Assembly: GCA_963662665.2 (NCBI GenBank)
Contig: CAXXJS010000011.1
Coordinates: 11,916 to 75,915, forward strand
Length of the DNA: 64,000 nt
Source of the DNA: Candidatus Latescibacterota bacterium
Lineage (GTDB): Bacteria > Latescibacterota > UBA2968 > GCA-2709665
Direction of reading: 5' to 3'
Numbering within the stretch: the stretch's first letter is position 1; each line of letters begins with the position of its first letter. Made by a program: the position numbers and the translations under genes. Below the pieces are notes generated by a model. The model saw nothing but the letters and a program-made list of their open reading frames with translations, was not told the origin of the DNA and searched no databases. Positions 10,160 to 20,169 of this stretch are shown here, one piece after another.

Positions 10160-11161
10160 ATGCCCCACCGCATTCTCACCACCGTCGTTGGAAGCTATCC
10201 CGTACCGGACTGGCTGCGAACTTCTCCATCCCGACAGACGTTGATCGATGCCATACGGGTCGTGTTCAAGACCCAGGAGGACGCGGGTATCGACGTCGTC
10301 GCCGACGGCGAACTCTGCCGGTTCGATTACAATCATCCTGAAACCAACGGCATGATCGACTATTTCGCGCGAAGACTGGGCGGTATCACGACCCGATTCG
10401 GGCGTGAGACCCTGAATGCGTTTCGCGCGGATGCCGGCCTTTCCTATCGTGCAGAGCCGGCGGGTATTATCGAACGCGAACTGGACGAAGGCGCGCTCAA
10501 TCTCCCGGCGGACTTCCGTATGGTCCGGCCCCTGACCGGGTCGAAGCTCAAATTCACCCTCACCGGACCGCACATGCTCAGCAAAGTCCTTCTGGATCGC
10601 CACTATGGAGAACCGGAGGCCGTGGCCTTGGCCCTCGGGGAACTCCTCGCCAGGCAGGTTACAGACGTCGGCGCGGACGTGATCCAGATTGACGAAGCCA
10701 ATATCCCGGGCCATCCGGGAGAGGCCGCGTGGGCCGCCCGGGCGGCAAACACCGTACTCGATGCCATTCAGTGCGAAAAGGCCGTGCACGTCTGCTTCGG
10801 GAACTACGGCGGCCAGACCGTTCAACGAGGCACGTGGCAGGACCTGGTCCCGTTTCTCACGGCACTGCGGGCGGACCACCTGGTTCTGGAATTCAAGCGC
10901 TGGGGCATCGAACACGCCGCATGCCTGAAAGATCTGCCCGAATCCGTCCGAATAGGCATCGGCGTAATAGACATCAAAAACAACATCGTGGAGACACCGG
11001 ACGAAATCGCCTCGGACATCGAAAGCGCGGCGCGCCGCCTCGGGGCAGATCGTATCGCCTGCGTCCATCCGGACTGCGGTTTCTGGATGCTCCAGCGAAG
11101 CGTTGCCGACCGCAAGATCGAGGCTCTCGTGAAGGGCCGGGACCTCTTCGAGGGGCGTTGA
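10160..11161 (+). CDS. Short (catalytic-domain-only) cobalamin-independent methionine synthase family protein
   Basis: TTVVGSYP, IQIDEA, HVCFGN and HPDCGF zinc motifs. At 333 aa it lacks the N-terminal MetE barrel. Confidence 0.85.
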   Translation: MPHRILTTVVGSYPVPDWLRTSPSRQTLIDAIRVVFKTQEDAGIDVVADGELCRFDYNHPETNGMIDYFARRLGGITTRFGRETLNAFRADAGLSYRAEPAGIIERELDEGALNLPADFRMVRPLTGSKLKFTLTGPHMLSKVLLDRHYGEPEAVALALGELLARQVTDVGADVIQIDEANIPGHPGEAAWAARAANTVLDAIQCEKAVHVCFGNYGGQTVQRGTWQDLVPFLTALRADHLVLEFKRWGIEHAACLKDLPESVRIGIGVIDIKNNIVETPDEIASDIESAARRLGADRIACVHPDCGFWMLQRSVADRKIEALVKGRDLFEGR

Positions 11162-11212
11162 ACCAGCCGGCTATTGCGCTGAACCCAACACACTGTCGCC
11201 CGAATCCAGTCT

Positions 11213-14200
11213 ATGCGCATCATGCGAAAAAATCGCGGAACGCTGTTCATCCTTGGCGTCTTGCTCGCGCTGACCGGCGCGTCATTCGCCCAGAGTCGTG
11301 GCACGCTGTTCACCATTGCCGGCGGCGGCGACCGGGAAGGCGAGAATATTCCCGCAACCGATCTGGCCCTCAGTATCCCCCTGGGCGCCGCCACCGACGC
11401 CGATGGCCACGTCTACATTGCCGATACCGGCACCCACCGCATCCGCAGGGTGGACGCGGTCACCGGGCAGGTCACGACCATAGCCGGTACCGGCGAAGCC
11501 GGATTTACAGGAGACGGCGGACCCGCCACCGAAGCCCTGCTGGACAGACCCCAGGGCGTTGCGGTAGACCAGGCCGGCAACGTGTACATTGGCGATACGG
11601 GCAACCGGCGCATCCGGCGCATCAACGCCGCTTCGGGAATCATTACCACCGTCACGGGCAACGGCGAGTTCGGTTTCGACGGCGACGGAGGTCCTGCCGC
11701 CTCCGCCGTAGTCGGTGAAGTCGTCGCCCTGGCTATGGGCCCCCGCGGTGGACTCTACATCGCCGACGGGCTGGACGGACAGGCCCGGGGCAACAACCGG
11801 GTACGCAGGATCGACCTCGACGGCGGCGTGATCACGACCCTCGCGGGCGACGGCGATTTCTCATTCGGCGGCGACGACGGCCCGGCAGTTGAAGCAGGAC
11901 TGACGGTAGAAGACGTTGTAGTGGACGCGTCGGGAAACATCTTCATTGCGGACTTCAACAATTATCGCATCAGGCGTATCGACGGAGAGACAGGCATCAT
12001 CAGCACAGTGGCCGGACGCGGTCCCGTTTTCGGAGGTGGCGGCGCATTCTCGGGCGACGGCGGACCCGCCACCGAAGCGGGGCTCGATTTGCCAGGCGGC
12101 GTGGCCGTCGGCTCGGACGGAACCCTTTATATATCGGATACCGGCAACAACCGCGTACGCGCCGTGGACCCCGGCACAGGGAATATCTTCACCCTGGCGG
12201 GCACAGGCAATTTCGGATCCGCCGGTGACGGGGGGCCCGCACCGCTGGCCGAACTCCGCGAGCCCTCTCGCGTGGTCCTGGACCCTGACGGAAATCTGAT
12301 CGTCGTGGATACGGGTAACAGCCGCATCCGCAAACTCCTCGACCCCGCCTTCCAGTCCCCCGTTCTCCTTCTGACCGCCACCCGAGTCGACTTCGGCGCG
12401 GTCGTCGTGGAAGACCAGGAGACGCGCACCCTTGCCATCGGCAACGTGGGGAGGCGCACCCTCACGCTGTCCGGCGCTTCGGCCGACCGGGACGCGTTCG
12501 TCGTGCTGGACGCATTTCCGATCGAAATCGATCCGGCCGGTGAGGCTGAAATCCGCGTACAGTTCAACCCGAGGGACGAAGGCGTCGTGCAGGGAACGCT
12601 AACCATCATTACCGACGATCCATGGCGTCCCGAACTCACTGTCCCGCTCTCGGGAACAGGCGCGGCGCCAGACATCGGTGTCTTCCCGGAAAGCATCGAA
12701 TTCGATCGTACGTTTGTGGGCCGCGAGCAGTCAGTCGTCCTGCGGGTTGCCAACCTGGGCGCAGGCGTACTGACAGTCTTCCGGGCCGAACTGACGGACC
12801 CGGGACAATTCTCCGTCAGCCTGGACGACACCCTGCGCATTCCGTCGAGCCAGAGACAAAGCCTTGACGTCTTATTCCGTCCTGCCAACACAGGGACGCA
12901 GCGGGCGGAACTGACGCTGTTCAGCAACGATCCGAACGAACCGGAGCTGGTTATACCCCTCCGGGGCTTCGGCAGGGAATCCAGGCCGGGCGGTTTCCTG
13001 GACGTCGCGGGCGACCTTGGCATGGCCGATGAGGGCGCCGGTTTCGGCGCCGCCTGGGCGGATTACGACAGCGACGGCGACCCCGACCTCTACGTGGTGC
13101 GCAGCCTGCAGTCCAACCGGCTCTACCGGAACGACGGCGACGGCTTTACGGAGGTGGCCGCCGTGGTCGGCGTGGCGGACGACGGCGACGGCAGCGCGGC
13201 CGCCTGGGCGGACGTCGACGGCGACGGAGACCTGGACCTGTACGTAACGAACTTCGAACAGCCCAACCGGCTCTACCGCAACGACGGCATCCGATTCACG
13301 GAAATCGCCGCACAGGTCGGCGTGGACGACGGCGGAGACGGGTACGGCGCGGCCTGGGCGGACGTGGAAGGAGACGGAGACCCTGATCTTTACGTGGCCA
13401 ACTTCGGTGAAAACCGGTTCTATCGGAATGAAGGGGGCCGCTTTGTCGAAGCCGCCGCGGAGGTCGGTCTGGACGACGACAACAGCAGCCTGCAGCCGGC
13501 GTGGGCGGACTACGACGGCGATGGGGACCCGGACCTCTTTCTCGCAAACAGCGGGCCGAATCGACTCTTCAGGAACGAGGGCGGGAGCTTTACGGATGCA
13601 TCGTCGGACGCGGGTCTGGAGGAACTCGGCCTGGGCGGTCCGAGTTTCGGCGCAGGCTGGGGCGATTTCGATAACGACAGGGACCTGGATCTGTACGTGA
13701 CTTACTTCGGCGAAGGCAACCGCCTCTATGTCAATACCGACGGCCGGTTCCAGGAGTCAAGCAGCAGTTTCAATGTTGCGGGACCGGACACCGTGGACAG
13801 CAGGGGCGCCGTCTGGGGCGATTTCGACAGTGACGGAGATCTGGACCTCTACGTTTCCAATGCCGGCGTGAAAAACAATCTCTACCGAAACGAAGGCGGG
13901 ACATTCACGGACATGGCTGACTCCTTCCGGGTGGCAGGCGGCGCCAACAGCCGTGGCGTGGCCCTGGCGGACTTCAACGGCGACGGCGGACTGGACGTCT
14001 TCGTGGTCGTGCAGGACGGCGCCGACCATCTCTACCGGAACCGGGAATTCAATGGGAACTGGCTCGTCATTCGCCCTCGCGCCACGAGCAGCAGTCCGGA
14101 TGCCATCGGCACACGTTTCGAAATCGCCTTCGATGGCACAGCCGCGACCCGGGAGATTACGGGCGGCGCGTCCTATCTTTCCCAGGACGCCCTGACCGCT

Positions 14201-15937
14201 GTCTTCGGTCTGGGCGACGCCGACCGGGTCGATACCCTGACCGTGCGATGGCCGTCGGGCATCACACAGCGACTCAGGAACATCGCTGCAAACACCGTTA
14301 TTGAAGTCACCGAAACTGCCCCGCCGCCGCCCGAACGCGTCGTGCTGGATGCCATAGCGCCGGCGCTGGCCGCCAACGGCGAGGCGCAGACGAGAATCCG
14401 CGCCCGAATCCTGGATGCCAGGGGCGAAGTCGCGCTCGTCAGCAACCGCCGCCTGATCTTCCAGGTCTCCTCCGGCGATGGCGCTTTCTCAGGTAGCGAT
14501 ACGGCGGTGGTGCGGGACGGACTGGCATCCATTCTCTTCCAGGCGGGTACAACACCGGGCGACGTATCAGCAACCGCCCGGTTTCAGGGACTCCCGTCGG
14601 GACAGATTACGATCAGCCTGCTCCCGCCCATAGGTCCCGATCACGCCGCGGTCAGGACCGTGGCGGGTGTCGGCGGGGTCGAAGGGGATTTCGGCGGTGA
14701 CGGCAGCCCCGCCACCGAAGCGTTCTTGAACGCCCCTAGAGGCGTGGCGGTGGACACTTCGGGTGCATTCTACATTGCCGATTCAGGAAACAACCGGATC
14801 CGGAGAGTGGGTACAGATGGCGCCATCCGCACCATCGCCGGGAATGGAATCGGCTTTTCAACCGGCACAGGAGGTCCGGCTGCTGACGCCAGCCTCGGTG
14901 ATCCCCGGGGCCTTGCGTTGATACCCGGCGGCGATCTCATCATATGCGAACAGAGCGGTCATATCGTTCGCCGGTTCGAACGGTCCACTGGAAACATACT
15001 CGCCTTCGCAGGCAGAGACATTCCCGGATACGGCGGCGACGGGCGGGCGGCGGTGGATGCGAATCTGTCCGGCCCCGCGGGCGTTACGGCGGACCCGATC
15101 GGCAACGTCTGGATTGCGGAACGCTTCAACCACCGGGTACGAAGAGTGGACACCGGTGGCGTTATCGAATCCGTCGCTGGGAGCTTTCTGGAGGGTTTCG
15201 CGGGTGATGGAGGCCGGGCCGAACTGGCCGTACTGAACAGACCCAGGGGAGTATCCGTAGACGCCCTGGGTCGGGTGTACATTGCCGATTCCGGAAACCA
15301 TCGCATCCGAATGGTAGATACCGACGGCACTATTTCTACGGTGGCCGGAACCGGACAGGCCGGCTTCTCACGAGACGGCGGGCCCGCCACGAGAACAATG
15401 CTGAACAGTCCAGAGGACGTCGCGGCGGACGACAATGGCTATCTCTACGTCGCAGACACCGGCAACAATCGGATACGTGTTGTGGACCTGCGCCTGGGCA
15501 TCATACAGACCGTGGCCGGTACCGGATTTCCGGGATTCAACCAGGCCGAAGGGCCCGGTACCGAGACGACGCTGAATTCACCGTCGGGCCTCGCCACCGA
15601 TCCGGATGGCAGGGTCTACATTGCCGACACGAACAACAACAGCATCCTTCAGCTCACCGTAGACTTCCCCCCGGAATACCACCGCGAGCCCCCCCCGGTC
15701 CCGCCACCACCGCCGCCTCCGCCGCCTCCACCTTCGGATGGCGCGGCCGACTTCAACGGCGACGGCGCTGTTGATTTTGCAGACTTCGTCCTCTTCGCAC
15801 GGGCGTACGGTTCCAGCGATATGCGCTTTGACCTGGACGGCAACGGTACGGTCGGATTCGGAGATTTCATCGCCTTCGTCACTGCCTTCGAACAGACTCC
15901 GCCTTCGGCGCGATTCCGGCCGGAAAGCCGTTTCTGA
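11213..15937 (+). CDS. Large secreted multidomain protein: NHL repeats, 2 Ig-like (ASH/choice-of-anchor D), FG-GAP/ASPIC-UnbV (CRTAC1-like), Big_1-like Ig, NHL repeats, polyproline linker, dockerin-like EF-hand pair
   Basis: Signal peptide; many YIADTGNxRIR...GDGGPA repeats; WADYDxDGDxDLYV repeats; VRWPSG; PPPPPPPPPP; ADFNGDGAVDFADF tail. Confidence 0.85.
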   Translation: MRIMRKNRGTLFILGVLLALTGASFAQSRGTLFTIAGGGDREGENIPATDLALSIPLGAATDADGHVYIADTGTHRIRRVDAVTGQVTTIAGTGEAGFTGDGGPATEALLDRPQGVAVDQAGNVYIGDTGNRRIRRINAASGIITTVTGNGEFGFDGDGGPAASAVVGEVVALAMGPRGGLYIADGLDGQARGNNRVRRIDLDGGVITTLAGDGDFSFGGDDGPAVEAGLTVEDVVVDASGNIFIADFNNYRIRRIDGETGIISTVAGRGPVFGGGGAFSGDGGPATEAGLDLPGGVAVGSDGTLYISDTGNNRVRAVDPGTGNIFTLAGTGNFGSAGDGGPAPLAELREPSRVVLDPDGNLIVVDTGNSRIRKLLDPAFQSPVLLLTATRVDFGAVVVEDQETRTLAIGNVGRRTLTLSGASADRDAFVVLDAFPIEIDPAGEAEIRVQFNPRDEGVVQGTLTIITDDPWRPELTVPLSGTGAAPDIGVFPESIEFDRTFVGREQSVVLRVANLGAGVLTVFRAELTDPGQFSVSLDDTLRIPSSQRQSLDVLFRPANTGTQRAELTLFSNDPNEPELVIPLRGFGRESRPGGFLDVAGDLGMADEGAGFGAAWADYDSDGDPDLYVVRSLQSNRLYRNDGDGFTEVAAVVGVADDGDGSAAAWADVDGDGDLDLYVTNFEQPNRLYRNDGIRFTEIAAQVGVDDGGDGYGAAWADVEGDGDPDLYVANFGENRFYRNEGGRFVEAAAEVGLDDDNSSLQPAWADYDGDGDPDLFLANSGPNRLFRNEGGSFTDASSDAGLEELGLGGPSFGAGWGDFDNDRDLDLYVTYFGEGNRLYVNTDGRFQESSSSFNVAGPDTVDSRGAVWGDFDSDGDLDLYVSNAGVKNNLYRNEGGTFTDMADSFRVAGGANSRGVALADFNGDGGLDVFVVVQDGADHLYRNREFNGNWLVIRPRATSSSPDAIGTRFEIAFDGTAATREITGGASYLSQDALTAVFGLGDADRVDTLTVRWPSGITQRLRNIAANTVIEVTETAPPPPERVVLDAIAPALAANGEAQTRIRARILDARGEVALVSNRRLIFQVSSGDGAFSGSDTAVVRDGLASILFQAGTTPGDVSATARFQGLPSGQITISLLPPIGPDHAAVRTVAGVGGVEGDFGGDGSPATEAFLNAPRGVAVDTSGAFYIADSGNNRIRRVGTDGAIRTIAGNGIGFSTGTGGPAADASLGDPRGLALIPGGDLIICEQSGHIVRRFERSTGNILAFAGRDIPGYGGDGRAAVDANLSGPAGVTADPIGNVWIAERFNHRVRRVDTGGVIESVAGSFLEGFAGDGGRAELAVLNRPRGVSVDALGRVYIADSGNHRIRMVDTDGTISTVAGTGQAGFSRDGGPATRTMLNSPEDVAADDNGYLYVADTGNNRIRVVDLRLGIIQTVAGTGFPGFNQAEGPGTETTLNSPSGLATDPDGRVYIADTNNNSILQLTVDFPPEYHREPPPVPPPPPPPPPPPSDGAADFNGDGAVDFADFVLFARAYGSSDMRFDLDGNGTVGFGDFIAFVTAFEQTPPSARFRPESRF

Positions 15938-15939
15938 CG

Positions 15940-16575
15940 ATGCAACGGGCGCCCATCCTGACGGCCGACGGTCCGGGAATTGTCCGGACTGCCGATCGCA
16001 TCCGATCCGGCGGCGTTGTCGTCTATCCCACCGAAACCGTCTACGGCCTGGGCGCGGATCCATTCAACCCAATTGCTTTCGAACGCATATTCAGCCTCAA
16101 GGGCCGGGAAGCGGAAAAGGGCCTGATTCTGCTCATCCGCGGCGGGCAGGACCTGGACGCGCTTGTTGCCGACGTTTCACGGGCCGCTGAAATCCTGATG
16201 GACGCATTCTGGCCCGGACCGCTCACCCTCGTGTTTCCCGCATCGCCCAAACTGCCGAATCACCTGCTCGGGTCCACGTCCACAGTAGCGCTCCGTGTGT
16301 CCGATGCGCCCGTGGCCAGCTCATTGCTGCACCATGTCGGCGGCCCCGTAACCAGCACCAGCGCCAACCTTTCGGGCCAACCCCCCGCCCGAAGCGCACG
16401 GGAGGCTGCCGACGTCCTTGGCGAGCGCCTGGATCTGATCCTGGACGGCGGCACGGCGCGTGATCTGCGTCCCTCCACCCTCGTCGACGTCTCGGGCGGG
16501 AGCCCGAAAATCCTTCGACCCGGCCGAATCCCGGATACGGAAATCGACGGGGTTCTGAATTCGGAGAGAGTCTGA
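15940..16575 (+). CDS. tsaC: L-threonylcarbamoyladenylate synthase (Sua5/YrdC)
   Basis: YPTETVYGLG, KGR, FWPGPLTLV and TSTSANLSG. Confidence 0.95.
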   Translation: MQRAPILTADGPGIVRTADRIRSGGVVVYPTETVYGLGADPFNPIAFERIFSLKGREAEKGLILLIRGGQDLDALVADVSRAAEILMDAFWPGPLTLVFPASPKLPNHLLGSTSTVALRVSDAPVASSLLHHVGGPVTSTSANLSGQPPARSAREAADVLGERLDLILDGGTARDLRPSTLVDVSGGSPKILRPGRIPDTEIDGVLNSERV

Positions 16576-16597
16576 CCCTGAGAAAGCCGGTTTGAGT

Positions 16598-16970
16598 GTG
16601 GGGAGGACATTCCTGTCTGCCCACGTCGATGCCGACGATGGATCCGCGCACAGGTTCGTTTACAAAGACCATATCCGACACGTACAATCCTGAAGACGGG
16701 AGATTCTTCGCTGCGCTCAGAATGACATGTATTGCAATTACCATTGGCGATATGTGGCTGTCAGGCTTCGGCACAAACTGTCATCCTGAGAAAGGCGGTG
16801 TGAAGGTGGGGCGGACATTCCTGTCTGCCCACGTCGCACCGCATATACGGACATGTCGTCGCGGACGGATTTGAAACCCGCCCCTACGGATGGTCTGTCG
16901 AGCCGGTCCCCTGAGCCTGTGGTCCCTGAGCTTGTCGAAGGGCCGGCGACGGCTGATGCGGTGGGGGGAG
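16598..16970 (+). repeat. Cluster of REP-like/composite intergenic repeats
   Basis: GTGGGGCGGACATTCCTGTCTGCC-type motif (x2), GACGGGAGATTCTTCG..CTCAGAATGACA, TGTCATCCTGAG, and CCCTGAGCTTGTCGAAGGGCCGGCGACGGCTGATGCGGTGGGGGGA. These motifs recur at 17554-17885, 51283-51394 and 61981-62026. Confidence 0.8.
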
Positions 16971-17120
16971 TCGTCGTCGCTGTTCGTACCGTCTGCCCTT
17001 GACAGAATGTGCGGGCCGTTACCACGCAGCCTGCTCCGCACTTTTCCGCTTGCCAAAATCATGGTTCAAGGGCATGCTTGTATGGGATAACAATGCTGAT
17101 TGTGGCATGAGAGGAAGAAT

Positions 17121-17321
17121 ATGAAACTAAACGTAGACAAGGAAGCCGACGCCCTGTACCTGCGCCTCGACAATTCTCCCATAGTCGAGTCCGAGGAGGT
17201 TTCCCCGGGAGTTGTGCTCGACTACAACGCGTCCAACGAAGTGGTTGGCATGGAAATGCTCCAACTGTCGAAACGCTCATCCACACTGAATCTCTCTACG
17301 TTGCAGTTCGAGTCGATCTGA
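17121..17321 (+). CDS. DUF2283 domain small protein (putative antitoxin-like)
   Basis: MKLNVDKEADALYLRL...ESEEVSPGVVLDYNASNEVVGMEML matches the DUF2283 pattern; GAGG RBS. Confidence 0.85.
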   Translation: MKLNVDKEADALYLRLDNSPIVESEEVSPGVVLDYNASNEVVGMEMLQLSKRSSTLNLSTLQFESI

Positions 17322-17553
17322 TCGCATCAGCGTGTCACAGGAATTGCTCGGGCGTTTCCCATGCCCTCAACGTCGGTCGAGCGATTTCACGCTTTCGGCC
17401 GTCGGTAAACCCCTGAAAGTTTCCCCCTCCGCAATCCTGCCTCCCTGACGTACCGTTACCGGTCTGGTCGTGTCACGGGGACCCCGACATCCCGTCCTGT
17501 TAGAAGCGTCCCTACTTCTGCGGGACCCGGCAGATCAAGTAGCCGATGTGAAG

Positions 17554-17885
17554 GTGGGGCGGACATTCCTGTCTGCCTGCTTCGATGTCGACGATGTCTC
17601 CGCGCAGATGCGTCTACTGCGCGCTCTTGTCGGGGACACTGGAGAAGACGGGAGATTCTTCGACTCCGCTCAGAATGACATGCTTTACGGTAACTGTCAT
17701 CGACATGCATCCTTCACAACTTCGCTTTGGCTGTCATCCTGAGAAGGCCGCCAGGCCGACGAAGGATCTACTGCGGCATAGGATCATCCCAGCGCGATCT
17801 GCACGTGGCTACACCTGAGAGGCGGCACGTTTGCATCCTGCACTGAACGGAAGCGACGGGAGATTCTTCGCATGGCTCAGAATAG
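17554..17885 (+). repeat. Second copy of the composite REP-like repeat
   Basis: Same motif order as 16598-16795, plus an extra GACGGGAGATTCTTCG...CTCAGAAT at about 17855. Confidence 0.75.
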
Positions 17886-17960
17886 CCCGCCGGCAGATCA
17901 ATTCATACCGAATGGCATATTTCAATCAGGGGACTTCCAATGGGATTTTCACCGCGAAAA

Positions 17961-19688
17961 ATGGTACAACGCCCCCGCCGCGAGAGCAGGGGCAACAGAG
18001 CCCTGCTGGTACTGGTGGACAGCAGGGGCAGCTATACGGATACCAGCATCGTGGAACAGACCGTGCTGGTGGCGTTACAGCACTTCGGGTTTCCATTCAG
18101 GATTCACGATCTGGCTGCCGGGTCCGTGACTGCCGAACTGCTTGACGGCTGCGCCGCGGTGGTGATCGCGCAGGCGCGCCTTGGCGATGTCCTCTCGCTT
18201 GAGGAGACCGAGCTGCTCGCCTCGGGGGTGGAGGAGGCCGGGATGGGCCTGGTCAATTTCGACGGTGAACTGCGGCTGTACAAACCGCCGCTGCTTCGGC
18301 TCTTCGGACTTGAGGTGGACCGGATTCCGATGGCGTCGGACCTGCTGCGCATCGGGGACAACGACCACTTCATCAACTGGACGCAGCAGAGCGGCAGTAT
18401 GGTCCGGCTGAAGCGACCCGTGACCATTTCGCAAATCAAGCGCGTGGGGCGGCACGTTGTGGAACTGGCGCAGGCTGCGATGGGCAAGGACCAGCTCATT
18501 TTTTCCCGCCATAACGTCCCGGGCACGGCCTACGAGCCGGACCAGTTTCCGGTCGCGCTGGCAGGCGTCTGCGGCAGCGGCCGTGCGGTGCAGTTTGCGT
18601 GTTCGCCCCGCATCTGGCACCAGGAATTCCTGGGCCACGCGATGGGGCTGGACGCCCTATTCTGGCGTGCAATCGTCTGGGCGGCGCGCAAGCCGTTCGT
18701 CGCGCAGATGATGCCGCCCTACGTGACCATCCGGGTGGACGACGGGAGGGGGCGCCACGATTTCCGCTATACGGAGGTGATGAACCGGTACGGGTACCGT
18801 CCGATGATCTCCTGTTTCCTGGACCTCGTCCCGGATGAAGTCGTGCCGTTTATGCGCGCGCTATACAGCGCCGGACAGGTGGACTGGGACGCGCATGCCT
18901 TCGACTATTACAAGCTGATTCCGTTCGATTTCGGCATTGGCGAGTACAGCGACACACAGTTGAAGGAAATCTTCGAGCGGGTGGACCATTGGTACGACCA
19001 GCGGGGCCTGAAGCCACCGCGCCGGGCCGCATTTCACTGGGGCGAGGTGGGGGTGCGCGTCCTGCCATACCTGAAGGCACGGGGGCGGACGTTCGTCTAT
19101 TCGACCTACCACCTGGGGCAGGTCAAGTGGGAGCGGCTGTTCCCCAACTGGTGGCCCTACGGCCTCAACAGCCTGTTCTACGACTATATCCCCGAAGACC
19201 CGGAGATGTACAATATCGGCGCCATGCTGCCCCGCCACCTGGTGGAGCCCGACGTCCTCACGGGTTGTACGACCTGGGCCGGGGACAACCCGACCAATGA
19301 CATGGACAAGGCCGCGGAACGGGCGGCCGGCTCGGTCCGCCTGGCGCTGGACAGCGGGTTCTTCTCTGAGATCACAACCCACGAGCAGAAGTTTGGCGTG
19401 CTGAAGCTCGAGGAGATCGACCGGTGGTTGTCGCTGGTGTCACAGCGCACGGACCGTTTCGATATCAGGGGGGTGGGCCACGACGAGGCCGCGGAGTATA
19501 CCCGCTCCCGGGACGAGTCGTGGATTGCGGCCGCGTCAACGCCCGACGGCAAGTCGGCATGCCTCAGCCTGGATGGCAAGGCGAGCGTGGACCTGGAACT
19601 GGCCGTGTTCGAAAACGACGGTGAAGGCGTGGTGCAGCGATGGGAATCGGTCCCGGCGTTCGAGGCCGGGGTCAAGGTCGATCTCTGA
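17961..19688 (+). CDS. Hypothetical protein: GATase-like N-domain plus polysaccharide-deacetylase-like barrel
   Basis: Long ORF with strong GC3 bias. TIRVDD and DAHAFD resemble NodB/CE4 metal motifs. Start is uncertain. Confidence 0.6.
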   Translation: MVQRPRRESRGNRALLVLVDSRGSYTDTSIVEQTVLVALQHFGFPFRIHDLAAGSVTAELLDGCAAVVIAQARLGDVLSLEETELLASGVEEAGMGLVNFDGELRLYKPPLLRLFGLEVDRIPMASDLLRIGDNDHFINWTQQSGSMVRLKRPVTISQIKRVGRHVVELAQAAMGKDQLIFSRHNVPGTAYEPDQFPVALAGVCGSGRAVQFACSPRIWHQEFLGHAMGLDALFWRAIVWAARKPFVAQMMPPYVTIRVDDGRGRHDFRYTEVMNRYGYRPMISCFLDLVPDEVVPFMRALYSAGQVDWDAHAFDYYKLIPFDFGIGEYSDTQLKEIFERVDHWYDQRGLKPPRRAAFHWGEVGVRVLPYLKARGRTFVYSTYHLGQVKWERLFPNWWPYGLNSLFYDYIPEDPEMYNIGAMLPRHLVEPDVLTGCTTWAGDNPTNDMDKAAERAAGSVRLALDSGFFSEITTHEQKFGVLKLEEIDRWLSLVSQRTDRFDIRGVGHDEAAEYTRSRDESWIAAASTPDGKSACLSLDGKASVDLELAVFENDGEGVVQRWESVPAFEAGVKVDL

Positions 19689-20169
19689 CCGGTGGCGTCG
19701 GATGCAGCGACGTGGAATTGCTCAGGTACCATGAAGCTGGGGGCTGCTTCGACTATTTGCGGTCACACGTCGGACATGGATGCGGGCCCGTGACTGATGC
19801 GCTCGAGTCACTGGCGTCTTACTACAGCGTCCGAGTCTGGGAGTCCCCGTGCGGGTACATAGACCGATTCGTCCGCGAACGAGGACTGATGGAAGCCGCA
19901 ACAGGGCACCCGCGCATAAGGAAAAGGGAGCGAATCGGAGAGTCCCGAGCCGTGGCGGCGGAGTCGCGGGGGTCGATCCAATGCGTGCGCTGGCCGGTTT
20001 ATCAGATCGCCTTTACGATGGGAATTGTCCGGTTTCCTGTCTTGGGGATCCGCAAATCGCAGACCGACCCTGCGGCGACGGCAGGTCTCCCGAATCGCCG
20101 GCTGGGGGTTTTTGCCTCTTCATTCGTGTTTATCGGTAGTTGCATTTGCCTTGCCCCCCAGCCCCCGGT

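Noticed and set aside
16598-17885. Possible CRISPR array
   Set aside because: The repeats are heterogeneous, irregularly spaced REP-like motifs, with no constant repeat/spacer period and no cas genes.
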